Assembly (NCBI GenBank): GCA_964635905.1
Contig: CAZWPK010000002.1
Coordinates: forward strand, 13,621-77,620
Direction: 5' to 3'
DNA: 64,000 nt
Source: an uncultured Pseudomonadales bacterium
GTDB taxonomy: Bacteria; Patescibacteriota; Microgenomatia; UBA1400; UBA12028
The notes under the pieces are model-generated. The model was given only the letters and a program-made list of their open reading frames with translations. It made no database searches and was not told where the DNA came from. The stretch's first letter is position 1, and each line of letters opens with the position of its first letter. A program made the position numbers and the translations under genes. Positions 28,953 to 38,859 of this stretch are shown here, in pieces.

Positions 28953-28982
28953 ATTATAAAAAGAAATGCTTTTAAAAAGCAA
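28953..28982 (-). promoter_or_regulatory. Sigma70 promoter of the ABC operon with an overlapping palindrome
   Basis: TTGCTT-N18-TATAAT; inverted repeat TGCTTTT-A-AAAAGCA at 28967-28981. Confidence 0.55.
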
Positions 28983-28988
28983 TCCCTA

Positions 28989-29594
28989 TTATTGGAACCA
29001 TCGAGCTCTACCTAACGTATAGCCCAGTTGGCTTTCTTGCCTATTTCCGATTGGTTTGGCAGGAACTCCCGCAACGATACTCAAGCTCTCCACATCCTTG
29101 GTCACTACAGCTCCTGCTGCAATGACTGCGCCACGTCCAATGTGAACACCTGGCAGAATAATTGCCCGGGGTCCAATGAAGACATAATCGTCAATTCTCA
29201 CCTGTTCCTCACGGGCAAGCCATTGGGAAGAGCGTAAATCATGTTCACTAGTCCAGATCATCACTTCGGAAGCAATGTCGACATGATCACCGATGATGAT
29301 CCCTCCATTGGAATTTACGATCTGTTTTCGGCCATCTAAACTGACTCTCTCTCCGACGATGGTATCGTTTCCAATCACAATGTGTCTTGGGTCATACATT
29401 CTGCCCATCATATGAATGGTGGAACCAGAGCCAATCGTCATACCGAAGAGTCGATAAAAAAATCGGCGAATGAAGTGTGAGGGGATAAATCCTACACACC
29501 ACCATAAAAAGCCAGTAATAAATTCAAGATAGATCGTCGCAATTCTATTTCCAATTTTTTCTGGCAAGGATCGTCTCCCAGTATTAGAATTCAT
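28989..29594 (-). CDS. Hexapeptide-repeat O-acetyltransferase
   Basis: Left-handed beta-helix repeats, IGRGAVIAAGAVVTKDV and GVPAK. Confidence 0.88.
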   Translation of the reverse strand: MNSNTGRRSLPEKIGNRIATIYLEFITGFLWWCVGFIPSHFIRRFFYRLFGMTIGSGSTIHMMGRMYDPRHIVIGNDTIVGERVSLDGRKQIVNSNGGIIIGDHVDIASEVMIWTSEHDLRSSQWLAREEQVRIDDYVFIGPRAIILPGVHIGRGAVIAAGAVVTKDVESLSIVAGVPAKPIGNRQESQLGYTLGRARWFQ

Positions 29595-29654
29595 AGCAAT
29601 TCCTTTAGATGAAAAGCTCTAAAAAGGCAATAACTAATGGTACCATATCTTGAC

Positions 29655-30857
29655 ATGAAAGTTTTTCGATTACCCAAATCATCTGCGCGTACCGACTTTT
29701 TATTAATCCTAGGACTTTTTTGCGTGTGGAGAGCCGCCTTATTTTTGCTTGCAGCAGTTGCGGATCGAATTCTTGTCTATCAACCGTCCTTTCCCTATGC
29801 CTTCACACTCCTGCCCCAACTTCAAGTTTCAAAAATCATTTATAGCTTTGCAAATTTTGATGGTGTCCACTATTTAACGATTGCCAGAGAAGGATACTTT
29901 AGAGTCAACTTTATCCAAGCATTCTTCCCTGTGTTCCCCTATCTGATGCGCATACCCAGCCTGTTAGCGCCCAGTATTTTTAACCCATTGCTCCTAGGGT
30001 TGTGGATCTCAAATCTCTCGTTAGTAGGCATACTGGTACTGCTGTTTAACTGGATAACGTCAGTCTTTGGCCGTGCGATTGCCTTTCGTACCGTCCTTGC
30101 CGTACTCCTGTTTCCGTCGACCGTTTTCTTTGCAAGTTTGTATACCGAGTCCTTATTTTTACTTCTTGTTGTTGGGTCCTTTTTTGCAGCCTCCAAAAAT
30201 CGCTGGGGTATCGCAAGTTTCCTTTCGTTGGTTGCAGGTGCCACCCGTATCGTGGGGATCTTTTTAGTTCCCGCCTTAATCGTTGAGTTGTGGGTACACC
30301 GCGGTTATGAAAGACTTTCAATTCAGACGCTTAAAACGTTTATTACAATCGAGTGGAAAACGCTGCTTCTGATCGTTCTTTCCTGTGCGGGATTATTCGC
30401 CTACATGGGATTTTTGCATCACTATTTTCGTGACGGATTCTATTTTCTTCATGTTCAGTCTGATTTTGGTGCAGGACGATCTGAACAACTCATCCTCTAT
30501 CCACAGGTAGTGTATCGATCGCTCAAAATCCTGCTCACTTCCCCGCTGGATCTAAAGTATCTCGCCTATATCCAAGACTTCGTAGCCGGAACTCTGGGAC
30601 TTATTGCCCTCTTTCTGGTACGCTGTAAGATCTCGCTTGGATTATTCCTCTTTTCTCTTGGCTGTTTTTTCCTGCCGACCCTCTCGGGCACCTTTTCAAG
30701 CATGGTTCGGTATCTGCTCGTGTGTCCACCTATCTTTCTTGCAGTTGCACTAGGATTTAAAAATTTAATGCAATTTGAGATTCCGGCGTGGTTACTCCTA
30801 GGAGTGATCGCACTAGTAAATGCCGTTCTCTTTCTACAAGGGTATTGGGTGGCCTAA
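29655..30857 (+). CDS. GT-C mannosyltransferase (PIG-V/GT76-like)
   Basis: NFDGVHY..IA..GY, AFFP.FP, YTESLF, TR..G and S..RY; start likely 29655 (29637 possible). Confidence 0.82.
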   Translation: MKVFRLPKSSARTDFLLILGLFCVWRAALFLLAAVADRILVYQPSFPYAFTLLPQLQVSKIIYSFANFDGVHYLTIAREGYFRVNFIQAFFPVFPYLMRIPSLLAPSIFNPLLLGLWISNLSLVGILVLLFNWITSVFGRAIAFRTVLAVLLFPSTVFFASLYTESLFLLLVVGSFFAASKNRWGIASFLSLVAGATRIVGIFLVPALIVELWVHRGYERLSIQTLKTFITIEWKTLLLIVLSCAGLFAYMGFLHHYFRDGFYFLHVQSDFGAGRSEQLILYPQVVYRSLKILLTSPLDLKYLAYIQDFVAGTLGLIALFLVRCKISLGLFLFSLGCFFLPTLSGTFSSMVRYLLVCPPIFLAVALGFKNLMQFEIPAWLLLGVIALVNAVLFLQGYWVA

Positions 30858-30862
30858 GGGCG

Positions 30863-31225
30863 TTAGTTCACGAGCTGTTTACACACGCGGTACAACAATT
30901 CATTCGTATCAAAGGGCTTTGCAATGAAGTCATTCGCCCCACATTCCAGCGCGGATCGTTCTGCAGAAGGATGCGCAGAAATCATGATGACAGGAATATT
31001 TTTTGTCTGATCGGAGGCTTTCAGGGTTTTGCACAACTTTCGCCCATCCCAACCCGATATTAATACATCAAGCAAAATTAAATCCGGTTGGAATCGATCG
31101 ACGATTGTCAGGGTTTGCGATCCTTTACAGGTAGCTTCCACTGTAAACTCCGCATCCCTTAAGATCAGCGACAGTGCGTCCACGATACTCTCGTCATCAT
31201 CAACAATTAATATCTTCTTTGTCAT
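30863..31225 (-). CDS. Single-domain response regulator (receiver only)
   Basis: ILIVDDD, LILLD, ISA and FIAKPF. Confidence 0.92.
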   Translation of the reverse strand: MTKKILIVDDDESIVDALSLILRDAEFTVEATCKGSQTLTIVDRFQPDLILLDVLISGWDGRKLCKTLKASDQTKNIPVIMISAHPSAERSALECGANDFIAKPFDTNELLYRVCKQLVN

Positions 31226-31248
31226 ACAAACGGGGGAAAGATTTCTAC

Positions 31249-32709
31249 TTATGCTTTTAAGGGTAGATTGAAATAAAAAGTGGATCCTTTGCCTCGTTCA
31301 CTTTCGACCCAAATAGAGCCTCGATGTCGCCGTACAATTTCTTTGGAGATATACAAACCCATTCCGAAACCAGGGAATGTCTTTTCCGTGTCATCCATCA
31401 CTTGGTACAGTCGTTCAAATATTTTCTTTTGTTGATCCTTCTCAATCCCAATACCAAAATCTTTGACACTTACGACGGCTTTGCCACCAACGCGTTGTAA
31501 CCGGACTTGGATCTCTCTTGATTCTCCCGAATATTTAAGTGCGTTTGTTATCAAATTGGTGAGAACTTGATAAATGCGAAATTTGTCCCCATCAATCATG
31601 AGTTTTTCTTTCCCCTTATACTGAATCTCTTGCCTAGTGGTCCCTTGCAACTGTTCAATGGTTTCCAGGAGAAGCGCGTCTAGATCAAAGGGCTCTTTTG
31701 TAAACTGAAGCTTTCCGGTTTGTAAGCGGGAAACATCCAATAAATCGGCAACGAGTTTTTGCAGACGCTCCGTTTGGTATTTAATACTTGAAAGAGTTTT
31801 GAGTAAACGCTCATCCTTACTATCTTTCATCCGGATCTGTAAAGAATCGATATAGAGTTTGAGACTGGTAATCGGGGTTTTTAACTCATGTGAGGCCATG
31901 TTAACGAAATCATCCTTTCGAACTTCGAGTTCTTTTTGTGGTGTAATATCGCTGAAAAGACACGCCGCCGCAAAGATTTTTCCTTTTCGGTTATGAATTG
32001 GTGCTGCGCTAGCCTTAACGTAGACTTTACGTCCATCATTACGCTCAATCATAAATTCCTCATCAATGACGGCCTTTCCTGAAGATAGGACCCTGTACAG
32101 TTGCGAGTGCTGACTTGAGATTGGTCGTCCATTGAATTCACCACGTACCAAAGGAGTCATTCCGGCCACACTCCCCAAGGGAACAGGAATTCCTAGAATG
32201 CGTTCGACTTGCTTATTTACATTGGTATAGTTCCCATTAGCATCACAAATGATTATTCCTACTGGAAGTTGTTCCACGATTGCTTCTAATCGTTTTTTTG
32301 CATTTGCCTCCTGCTCAATGAGGGTGTCGATGGTTTGTTTAAGCCAACCAATGGTTCCTGCTAAGAAGAAATACAGTACACCTAATAACGCACTCGTCTC
32401 GATACTGGAAACAAGTCGATCCCCTTCATACTGACGCGAATAAATGATGTACCCGTAGTACGCCATGGTGAGGAGGGAAACGATAATTCCCCCACTGACC
32501 CCATCGCGAAATGCAAAATAGATGATGTAGATCACAAAAACAAAGATTGCTGCAAAACCAACCGACTCTGGATTCTGTAACACCAGATTGGCAATCAATT
32601 CAATGAGAATCATCGTAAACAATGTCGCAACGAATGGAAAGCGAAAAGAGTAGTGACGTGTCCCTAGTCGTGAAATCGGATTGAAGTATTCAAGCAGGCG
32701 TTTTCTCAT
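31249..32709 (-). CDS. Membrane PAS-domain sensor histidine kinase
   Basis: Four TMs, PAS, H-box SHELKTP, N-box NALKY, DFGIGI and GMGL; start 32709 or 32742. Confidence 0.9.
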   Translation of the reverse strand: MRKRLLEYFNPISRLGTRHYSFRFPFVATLFTMILIELIANLVLQNPESVGFAAIFVFVIYIIYFAFRDGVSGGIIVSLLTMAYYGYIIYSRQYEGDRLVSSIETSALLGVLYFFLAGTIGWLKQTIDTLIEQEANAKKRLEAIVEQLPVGIIICDANGNYTNVNKQVERILGIPVPLGSVAGMTPLVRGEFNGRPISSQHSQLYRVLSSGKAVIDEEFMIERNDGRKVYVKASAAPIHNRKGKIFAAACLFSDITPQKELEVRKDDFVNMASHELKTPITSLKLYIDSLQIRMKDSKDERLLKTLSSIKYQTERLQKLVADLLDVSRLQTGKLQFTKEPFDLDALLLETIEQLQGTTRQEIQYKGKEKLMIDGDKFRIYQVLTNLITNALKYSGESREIQVRLQRVGGKAVVSVKDFGIGIEKDQQKKIFERLYQVMDDTEKTFPGFGMGLYISKEIVRRHRGSIWVESERGKGSTFYFNLPLKA

Positions 32710-32789
32710 ACAAAAGAGATAGTTGTAGAAGGATTCTAACACCTACAATGGAATTAATCTTCCTCGACACTGTAAGAATTTTCTTACAT

Positions 32790-33791
32790 TTATTTCTCTT
32801 TTATTTCGACATGGAGATGCTGATAGGCTTTAGCGGTAATCACGCGTCCACGTGGTGTCCGTTGTAAAAATCCAATTTGCATAAGGTAGGGTTCATACAC
32901 CTCTTCAATGGTGCCCACATCTTCAGAAAGTGTTGCGGCGATCGTTTCAATTCCTAATGGTCCTCCCCCATGTTTTTCGATAATCAGAGTTAAGAAGCGA
33001 CGGTCACTGTCATCCAAACCCAAATGATCGACAGCTAAGAGATCTAATGCTTCTTGAACGGACTGTGCGTCCACGGTTCCATTTGACTTGATCTGAGCAT
33101 AATCGCGAACGCGCTTTAACAGTTTTAAGGCAATACGTGGAGTTCCTCGTGCTCGTCGGGCAATTTCTTTCGATGCTGTCGGTGGTAACTCAAAGGATAG
33201 TTTCTTGGCAGCCGTTAAAATAATTTGTGACAGTCGTTCCTCTTCGTAATACGAGACACGATGGACCAAACCAAAGCGATCACGGAATGGACCGGATAAC
33301 ATTCCAAAGCGTGTCGTTGCACCTACTAAGGTAAAACGCGGCAAGTCCAGACGCAGTGTTCGGGCTGCTGGCCCTTTTCCAATGACGACATCAAAGACAA
33401 AATCTTCCATGGATGGATATAACGCTTCTTCCACATGTTTATTTAGTCGATGTATTTCATCGATAAACAGCACATCTTTAGGCGAGAGATTGGTAAGAAT
33501 CGCAGCCAAATCTCCTACTTTGGTAATTGCTGTCGCAGAGGTAAAGCGAATGGCACTTCCCATCTCCTTGGCAATTAAATGAGCCAGAGTGGTTTTCCCA
33601 AGTCCTGGAGGTCCATACAACAACACATGATCCATTGCTTCATCACGCTCTTTGGCCGCTTGGATGGCAATAAATAGCGACTCTTTGACATTTTCTTGAC
33701 CGACAAATTCATTCCAGTGTGCAGCACGCAAATTGGTAAACAATTGCTCTTCTTCCGTTGACGTGGACAATAATGGGTTGTTGGTCGCCAT
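32790..33791 (-). CDS. ruvB: Holliday junction helicase RuvB
   Basis: GPPGLGKTTLA, FIDEIHR, GATTR, RGTPR and EPYL...G...RTPRGR. Confidence 0.97.
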   Translation of the reverse strand: MATNNPLLSTSTEEEQLFTNLRAAHWNEFVGQENVKESLFIAIQAAKERDEAMDHVLLYGPPGLGKTTLAHLIAKEMGSAIRFTSATAITKVGDLAAILTNLSPKDVLFIDEIHRLNKHVEEALYPSMEDFVFDVVIGKGPAARTLRLDLPRFTLVGATTRFGMLSGPFRDRFGLVHRVSYYEEERLSQIILTAAKKLSFELPPTASKEIARRARGTPRIALKLLKRVRDYAQIKSNGTVDAQSVQEALDLLAVDHLGLDDSDRRFLTLIIEKHGGGPLGIETIAATLSEDVGTIEEVYEPYLMQIGFLQRTPRGRVITAKAYQHLHVEIKEK

Positions 33792-33794
33792 AGC

Positions 33795-34364
33795 TTAGGG
33801 TGCAGTGAGGGTACGGATTGCCAGTTTGACAGCTTCTTCCAATTTGAGTTCACTAACAGGGATGGACTTTAGTACTTTATAACTTTCCGTTTCAGAGAAA
33901 CCAAGTGCAATGAGCGCTTGAGCGACATCTTTGGCTGGACCCGATGGTTCCGTCAAGTCCAACTCTTCTTCACCTCCAAATTTATTGGCAAGCTCAATGA
34001 TGATTTTTTGGGCACTTTTCTTCCCTACCCGGGTGATTGAGGAAAAGAACGACACATCGGCGGTTTTAACTGCTGCGATCACCGCTGATACTCCACGATC
34101 CATAATGGAGAGAGCCGTTTTTGGTCCAATCCCATCGACGTTAATCAGTTTTTTAAATAGTTCCTTCTCTGCTTCGGTGAGAAACGCATAGAGATCAAAA
34201 CTATCTTCTTTAATTTGCGGATAGACAAAAACAGAAGCGCTAGAAAGCATGGACAAGCGTTCCCGTGTCGATGTGGTGATTAAAATGCTGTACCCCACTC
34301 CGCCGACAATCATGAGCGTGGAATACGGCGTAATCATGGGTGTTCCCGAAAGATATCCGATCAT
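33795..34364 (-). CDS. ruvA: Holliday junction DNA-binding protein RuvA
   Basis: MIGYLSG, GVGY, HhH motifs GIGPK and VGKK, and ALIALGF. Confidence 0.95.
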   Translation of the reverse strand: MIGYLSGTPMITPYSTLMIVGGVGYSILITTSTRERLSMLSSASVFVYPQIKEDSFDLYAFLTEAEKELFKKLINVDGIGPKTALSIMDRGVSAVIAAVKTADVSFFSSITRVGKKSAQKIIIELANKFGGEEELDLTEPSGPAKDVAQALIALGFSETESYKVLKSIPVSELKLEEAVKLAIRTLTAP

Positions 34365-34445
34365 GTGGATTCCACTATAGCGCAGATTTAGGTTCGGTAA
34401 AAGAGTGGGTTTATGGTCTGAAATAACGACGGTAACACAAAAAGT

Positions 34446-34916
34446 CTATCGGTGTAAAACGGCGTAGGAGAATGCGATTGCCAAGGCATCGACCGTATCA
34501 TCCAACACAGTCAACGGAATACCGGGCAACTGAAGACGTAGCATTTTCTCTACCGCCTTTTTATCACTCTGCCCATTCCCCGCCACCACCGACTTGATTG
34601 TCGACGGCGACAATTCTTCAATGGGGCAGTTTGCCAGGGTTGCACTTAACAAAATAATTCCTCGAGCTTGAGCAACAAGTAACGCAGTTTTTTCATTCTT
34701 GCTAAAGAACAGCGTCTCAATTGCCATAGCACTGGAATGATAGGTCGAAAACAACGATTGAAGTTGCGTAAACAGAAGTGTTAGACGCTCTGCATGCGGT
34801 ATCGTTTTTGGCGTCTGAATAATTCCACAGGCATGATAGGCACAGCCTGTAGACGAAACATTTAAAACCCCCCACCCTAGCCGCTCATACCCCGGATCAA
34901 TACCAAGGATCATCAT
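34446..34916 (-). CDS. ruvC: Crossover junction endodeoxyribonuclease RuvC
   Basis: ILGIDPG, AIETLFF, ARG and DD..DALAIA; start revised to 34916. Confidence 0.95.
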   Translation of the reverse strand: MMILGIDPGYERLGWGVLNVSSTGCAYHACGIIQTPKTIPHAERLTLLFTQLQSLFSTYHSSAMAIETLFFSKNEKTALLVAQARGIILLSATLANCPIEELSPSTIKSVVAGNGQSDKKAVEKMLRLQLPGIPLTVLDDTVDALAIAFSYAVLHR

Positions 34917-36112
34917 AGACTTGGTTTTGCAAATTTCATGCGTAACGCTTCTAAGATGTGTTTGCCACTTTCCTCCCAGCAAAACTGTTTTGACCATTCG
35001 AACATTTCTGCTCTCCGCATCGCTGTCGGAGGATTCTCGACTGCGGTTGCAAATCCGTCCGCAATCTTATCGACCGAGTAGGGATCAACAAGAATTCCAA
35101 ATCCGCCGACAACTTCAGGAAGACTTGCGGTATTGGAGACCACGGGAACGACACCAGCAGCCATACTCTCAATGGCTGGAATGCCAAATCCTTCGTAGTA
35201 GCCGACGAGGAAGGTGCATGCACAGGAGCGAAGCAGGAGTTGTTTCTCTCGATCATCCACAAATCCTGTCAGGACGATATTGTCTTTTTGTGGACTGGTT
35301 TTCACCACCTGCTCAAACTCTCCCGATAACCACCCGATTTTTCCAATCAGCACCAATTTATACGCATTCTCATGCCGAGGATTAAATAATTCAAAGGCTT
35401 TAATGGCGTGAATAATATTCTTGCGCGGTTGAATAGTTCCCACCGAGAGAATATATTTTCCTTTTGAAATCCCATATTTTTGGCGCAGTGTGTCCATCTC
35501 TTGCCCAAATGGGTCAAGGAGCTGCGTTTCTTCTTTGCTCTCCTGATCAACACCGGGATAGGCAATCGTAATGTCAGCCTCCAAACGCTTGTAATAGTCG
35601 ACAATATCGGCTTTACTGCTTTTTGAAATCGTGAAGATATGTTTTGCCTGCCGGACACTGTACTTTGTCCACTCTTTTAGCTGATAGAGATCCTTCTTTA
35701 AAAAGAATTGTGGAAACTTTAAAAAGGCTAAATCCAGGATACAGATTGCAGTCGGAAATGGAGAAAAACGGGGAGAATAGTGACCAAGCGACAAGAAGAC
35801 ATCATGCTTGGCTCCACCAAAATAGAGTTCCAGTGGTAAACGCCATTGCGTCCACATTTTAGAGGGTGGAATCACTTTATACACAAAACCAGGTCTCTCC
35901 TTGGGAAGATCCACTAACGGGGGCGATGGTAGATAGACAGTCCAGACAACTTTGACACCACCGAGTTGCGGAAGCAGCGCACCCGTTGACTCTGGTTCTC
36001 GAGTCAACCGTTCCATTTGACAGAGGATTTCGAAGGCGTATTTATTGCTTCCAACACGTTTGGCCACATTCGCTTCGTACGCGTTCACACCGATTGAAAG
36101 TGTTTGTTCCAT
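34913..36112 (-). CDS. GT4 glycosyltransferase
   Basis: VGTIQPRKN and EGFGIPAIESM. Confidence 0.9.
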   Translation of the reverse strand: MEQTLSIGVNAYEANVAKRVGSNKYAFEILCQMERLTREPESTGALLPQLGGVKVVWTVYLPSPPLVDLPKERPGFVYKVIPPSKMWTQWRLPLELYFGGAKHDVFLSLGHYSPRFSPFPTAICILDLAFLKFPQFFLKKDLYQLKEWTKYSVRQAKHIFTISKSSKADIVDYYKRLEADITIAYPGVDQESKEETQLLDPFGQEMDTLRQKYGISKGKYILSVGTIQPRKNIIHAIKAFELFNPRHENAYKLVLIGKIGWLSGEFEQVVKTSPQKDNIVLTGFVDDREKQLLLRSCACTFLVGYYEGFGIPAIESMAAGVVPVVSNTASLPEVVGGFGILVDPYSVDKIADGFATAVENPPTAMRRAEMFEWSKQFCWEESGKHILEALRMKFAKPSL

Positions 36113-36175
36113 TGTAGTAACTATACTGCTCTTGAGATAAAACTGAAAGATCAGAATCTGCAGCGCTACGTAGCA

Positions 36176-37309
36176 TTACGATCGTTCAAATTTTGCTTTG
36201 CGGTAGACGTCCATGGTCAGTTGCGCACTTTTTTCCCAAGAAAAGGAACGCACCACCTCACGCATTTTCTTTTGCATTTTGGGTAACTTCCCTTTGGCTA
36301 ACGCTTCTTCAATACCGGACTGGATTGATTCGACTTCGGAGGGTGTCACTAAAAACGCAGCATCCCCTGATGTCTCAATCATTGCCGAGGTATTACTGGT
36401 CACGACCGGACAACCATAGTTAAAGGCTTCTAAAATCGGTAGACCGAACCCTTCATATAAAGAGGGAAACAACAGTAGTTGGGCATTCTGATAGAGACTT
36501 GCCAGGTCAATCATCCCTACCCCGCCAAGCACTTTGAGTCCTTGCTTGGGTTTAAGATCCGAGGTTCCTGCGGAACCCACGATCACAAAGTCGTAATCTC
36601 GGGCGTAGCGTTCCCAAGCCTGAATGGCTTTTGCCAGATTCTTGCGCGGTTCGTTGACTCCTACCCAGAGGAAGAATGGCTTAACAAGACCAAATTTTTT
36701 CTTGAGTTCGGACAGTGGTAATAACTGATTTTGCGAAAAAACGATCTCTGCCGGAACAGCTTCAGGGACCACATGGACATGATCCTGCGGAAATGAAAAT
36801 AACTCTAGAAGATCCCGTTTTGTCTGTTGACTCACCGCAATAACATGCGCATTAGTCTTGAGTAATCGCTGCAATGCTAAGGTGTGCTTTTCTTTGGTTT
36901 TAGGATGAGCAATTTCTTCAAACTTAAATAAGGCGAGATCATGAATTGTTGCCACGACTGGAGTCTTATAGGTCGGTGGAATTAACTCTTCCCAAGCATG
37001 AAAGACATCGACTTTGGGCATGAGGCTCTCAATATGAAGTCTCCCTGCCCCATACCACATGGTCTTTAAAAATGAGGGAGGAAAGGACAAGATCGTCGGC
37101 TTATTCGTTGAATCGATACTTTCAGACAAGTCTCTAGCGAGCGTGTGAATTTGTCGATTGGCTCGGAACGAAGAACCAAACAAACGGAAATTGGGTTTGT
37201 CTGGCAACGCAGCTAAGGCGTGCACAATATTACTTGTGTAACGTGAAACACCACGGTTATAGAGAATCGGAGTAATATCAATTCCCAGCGTGAGCGGTGT
37301 TTGTACCAT
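36176..37309 (-). CDS. GT4 glycosyltransferase
   Basis: GVSRY, TIHDL, EPRKN and PSLYEGFGLPILEA. Confidence 0.9.
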   Translation of the reverse strand: MVQTPLTLGIDITPILYNRGVSRYTSNIVHALAALPDKPNFRLFGSSFRANRQIHTLARDLSESIDSTNKPTILSFPPSFLKTMWYGAGRLHIESLMPKVDVFHAWEELIPPTYKTPVVATIHDLALFKFEEIAHPKTKEKHTLALQRLLKTNAHVIAVSQQTKRDLLELFSFPQDHVHVVPEAVPAEIVFSQNQLLPLSELKKKFGLVKPFFLWVGVNEPRKNLAKAIQAWERYARDYDFVIVGSAGTSDLKPKQGLKVLGGVGMIDLASLYQNAQLLLFPSLYEGFGLPILEAFNYGCPVVTSNTSAMIETSGDAAFLVTPSEVESIQSGIEEALAKGKLPKMQKKMREVVRSFSWEKSAQLTMDVYRKAKFERS

Positions 37310-37343
37310 AGTTCCCCCATTCTAAAAGTTTATGAGTCATTCC

Positions 37344-38813
37344 TCAATCCGCAGTTGTAAACCGTCGCACAAATCCGATCGTCCCAGCATCAAGCGGCGA
37401 CAACTGCAGCATGCCTTGTGACTCAAGTTGTGCAATGACTAATCGCTGTGGATCCGTAATGTCCTGCAGATAATCAAACAGATACACCTTATGATTGTCT
37501 GAAGCCTTCTGTACCAACTGCTTGGCTTCTTGCCCGTCTGTCACTTGAATTGAATCAAGATGTGCAATTGGAAGAAGGGAAGAAGCATACCATTTCCACG
37601 GCGCAAACGGGGCATCAAAAGTAAATAGAACGATGCAGCTTGAGGAATTACAGTCCTCGTAAATGCGTTGTATGACTTCTTTCCAAGGTTCTCGTTGAAA
37701 TGATGGAGTCCGATAATAGGCAACCGTGGAAGCGATATTCGTTAGCACCAACGCTGCTAAGATGCTCACTGCGAGTTTTTTCGAGTGACTACACAGCTGT
37801 TCGATCCCGATTGCCAATACGATAAAAAATGCCGGTAAACAGAGTAGCACACGTTTTGGTTGGATGATCGGAATCACAAATGACACAAGGTAGGCACCAA
37901 GGATCGGAACAACCAGCCAGAATAGTGCTACCCTGGCTTTTGGATTCCGCAACGAAGATAGCACGCCAACCGCAGTTCCAGCGAGTAGTAGCCAGACTAA
38001 TGGCGCCAGCACACCTAACTGCCGATACTCTACGGGACCAATCAAAAACTTGATGGCGACTAACGGCAACGCTTTAAGTTGAGGTGTGGCAACAATTTGT
38101 GACCACCCAGTAACTTGCGTAGCCCAGCCAGTACCCACGGAAAGTTGGTGGAGAAACGAGGGAACCCAGGGGAGAAAAGCAAGGGCGACACAGATATCCA
38201 CTAGTACGATCTTTTTAAGCACCCGTCGATGAAAAAAACCTACAAATAGCAGCTGCGCTAACAGTAGAAAGGGATACAGATACAGGGAATACATTCCCAA
38301 GATCGAGACGATCGCTACTCTACTACCCTGTCGTAGTTTCGGTGTCGCCACAAAGTCTAACAACGCAATCCAACTGATCACCGAAAACATCGTTGCTAGC
38401 GCATAGGGACGCAACTCTTGGGAGTAGAAAATGTGAAACGACGAGGTGGCTAAGAGGAATGCAGCGATGAACGCAACACGTTTGGAACTAGTTTTTAGAC
38501 ACAACTGATAGGTTGCCCAGATAGTTATGATTCCTGCGGTAAGAGAACTTAAGCGTAACCACCACTCTGCATGCGCAATCAGTGTCAGCCCATGCACGAT
38601 GTAATGAAACAAAGGCGGATGAAAATCCCAAGCTATTTGATGCTGTTGGCTGAATGGACGCACGCTCTCTAACGCCTGCGCAGCTTCATCTAACCAAAAC
38701 GAACCTGAAAGTAACGGTAGTCGTAAAAGTACCGCTACGACCAACAACCCTGGAAGTACCAGTGTAGAGGACTGGAGGAATCGGAGGACTGGATTCAAAT
38801 GTTGGATGGTCAT
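37344..38813 (-). CDS. GT-C fold (PMT_2/ArnT-like) membrane glycosyltransferase
   Basis: SFWLDEA, HPPL, YSQELRPYA and multiple TMs; start revised to 38813. Confidence 0.85.
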   Translation of the reverse strand: MTIQHLNPVLRFLQSSTLVLPGLLVVAVLLRLPLLSGSFWLDEAAQALESVRPFSQQHQIAWDFHPPLFHYIVHGLTLIAHAEWWLRLSSLTAGIITIWATYQLCLKTSSKRVAFIAAFLLATSSFHIFYSQELRPYALATMFSVISWIALLDFVATPKLRQGSRVAIVSILGMYSLYLYPFLLLAQLLFVGFFHRRVLKKIVLVDICVALAFLPWVPSFLHQLSVGTGWATQVTGWSQIVATPQLKALPLVAIKFLIGPVEYRQLGVLAPLVWLLLAGTAVGVLSSLRNPKARVALFWLVVPILGAYLVSFVIPIIQPKRVLLCLPAFFIVLAIGIEQLCSHSKKLAVSILAALVLTNIASTVAYYRTPSFQREPWKEVIQRIYEDCNSSSCIVLFTFDAPFAPWKWYASSLLPIAHLDSIQVTDGQEAKQLVQKASDNHKVYLFDYLQDITDPQRLVIAQLESQGMLQLSPLDAGTIGFVRRFTTAD

Positions 38814-38859
38814 TGTGAAATTGTAAATTGAAAATGCTCCTGATATCATCAGGCTTGCT

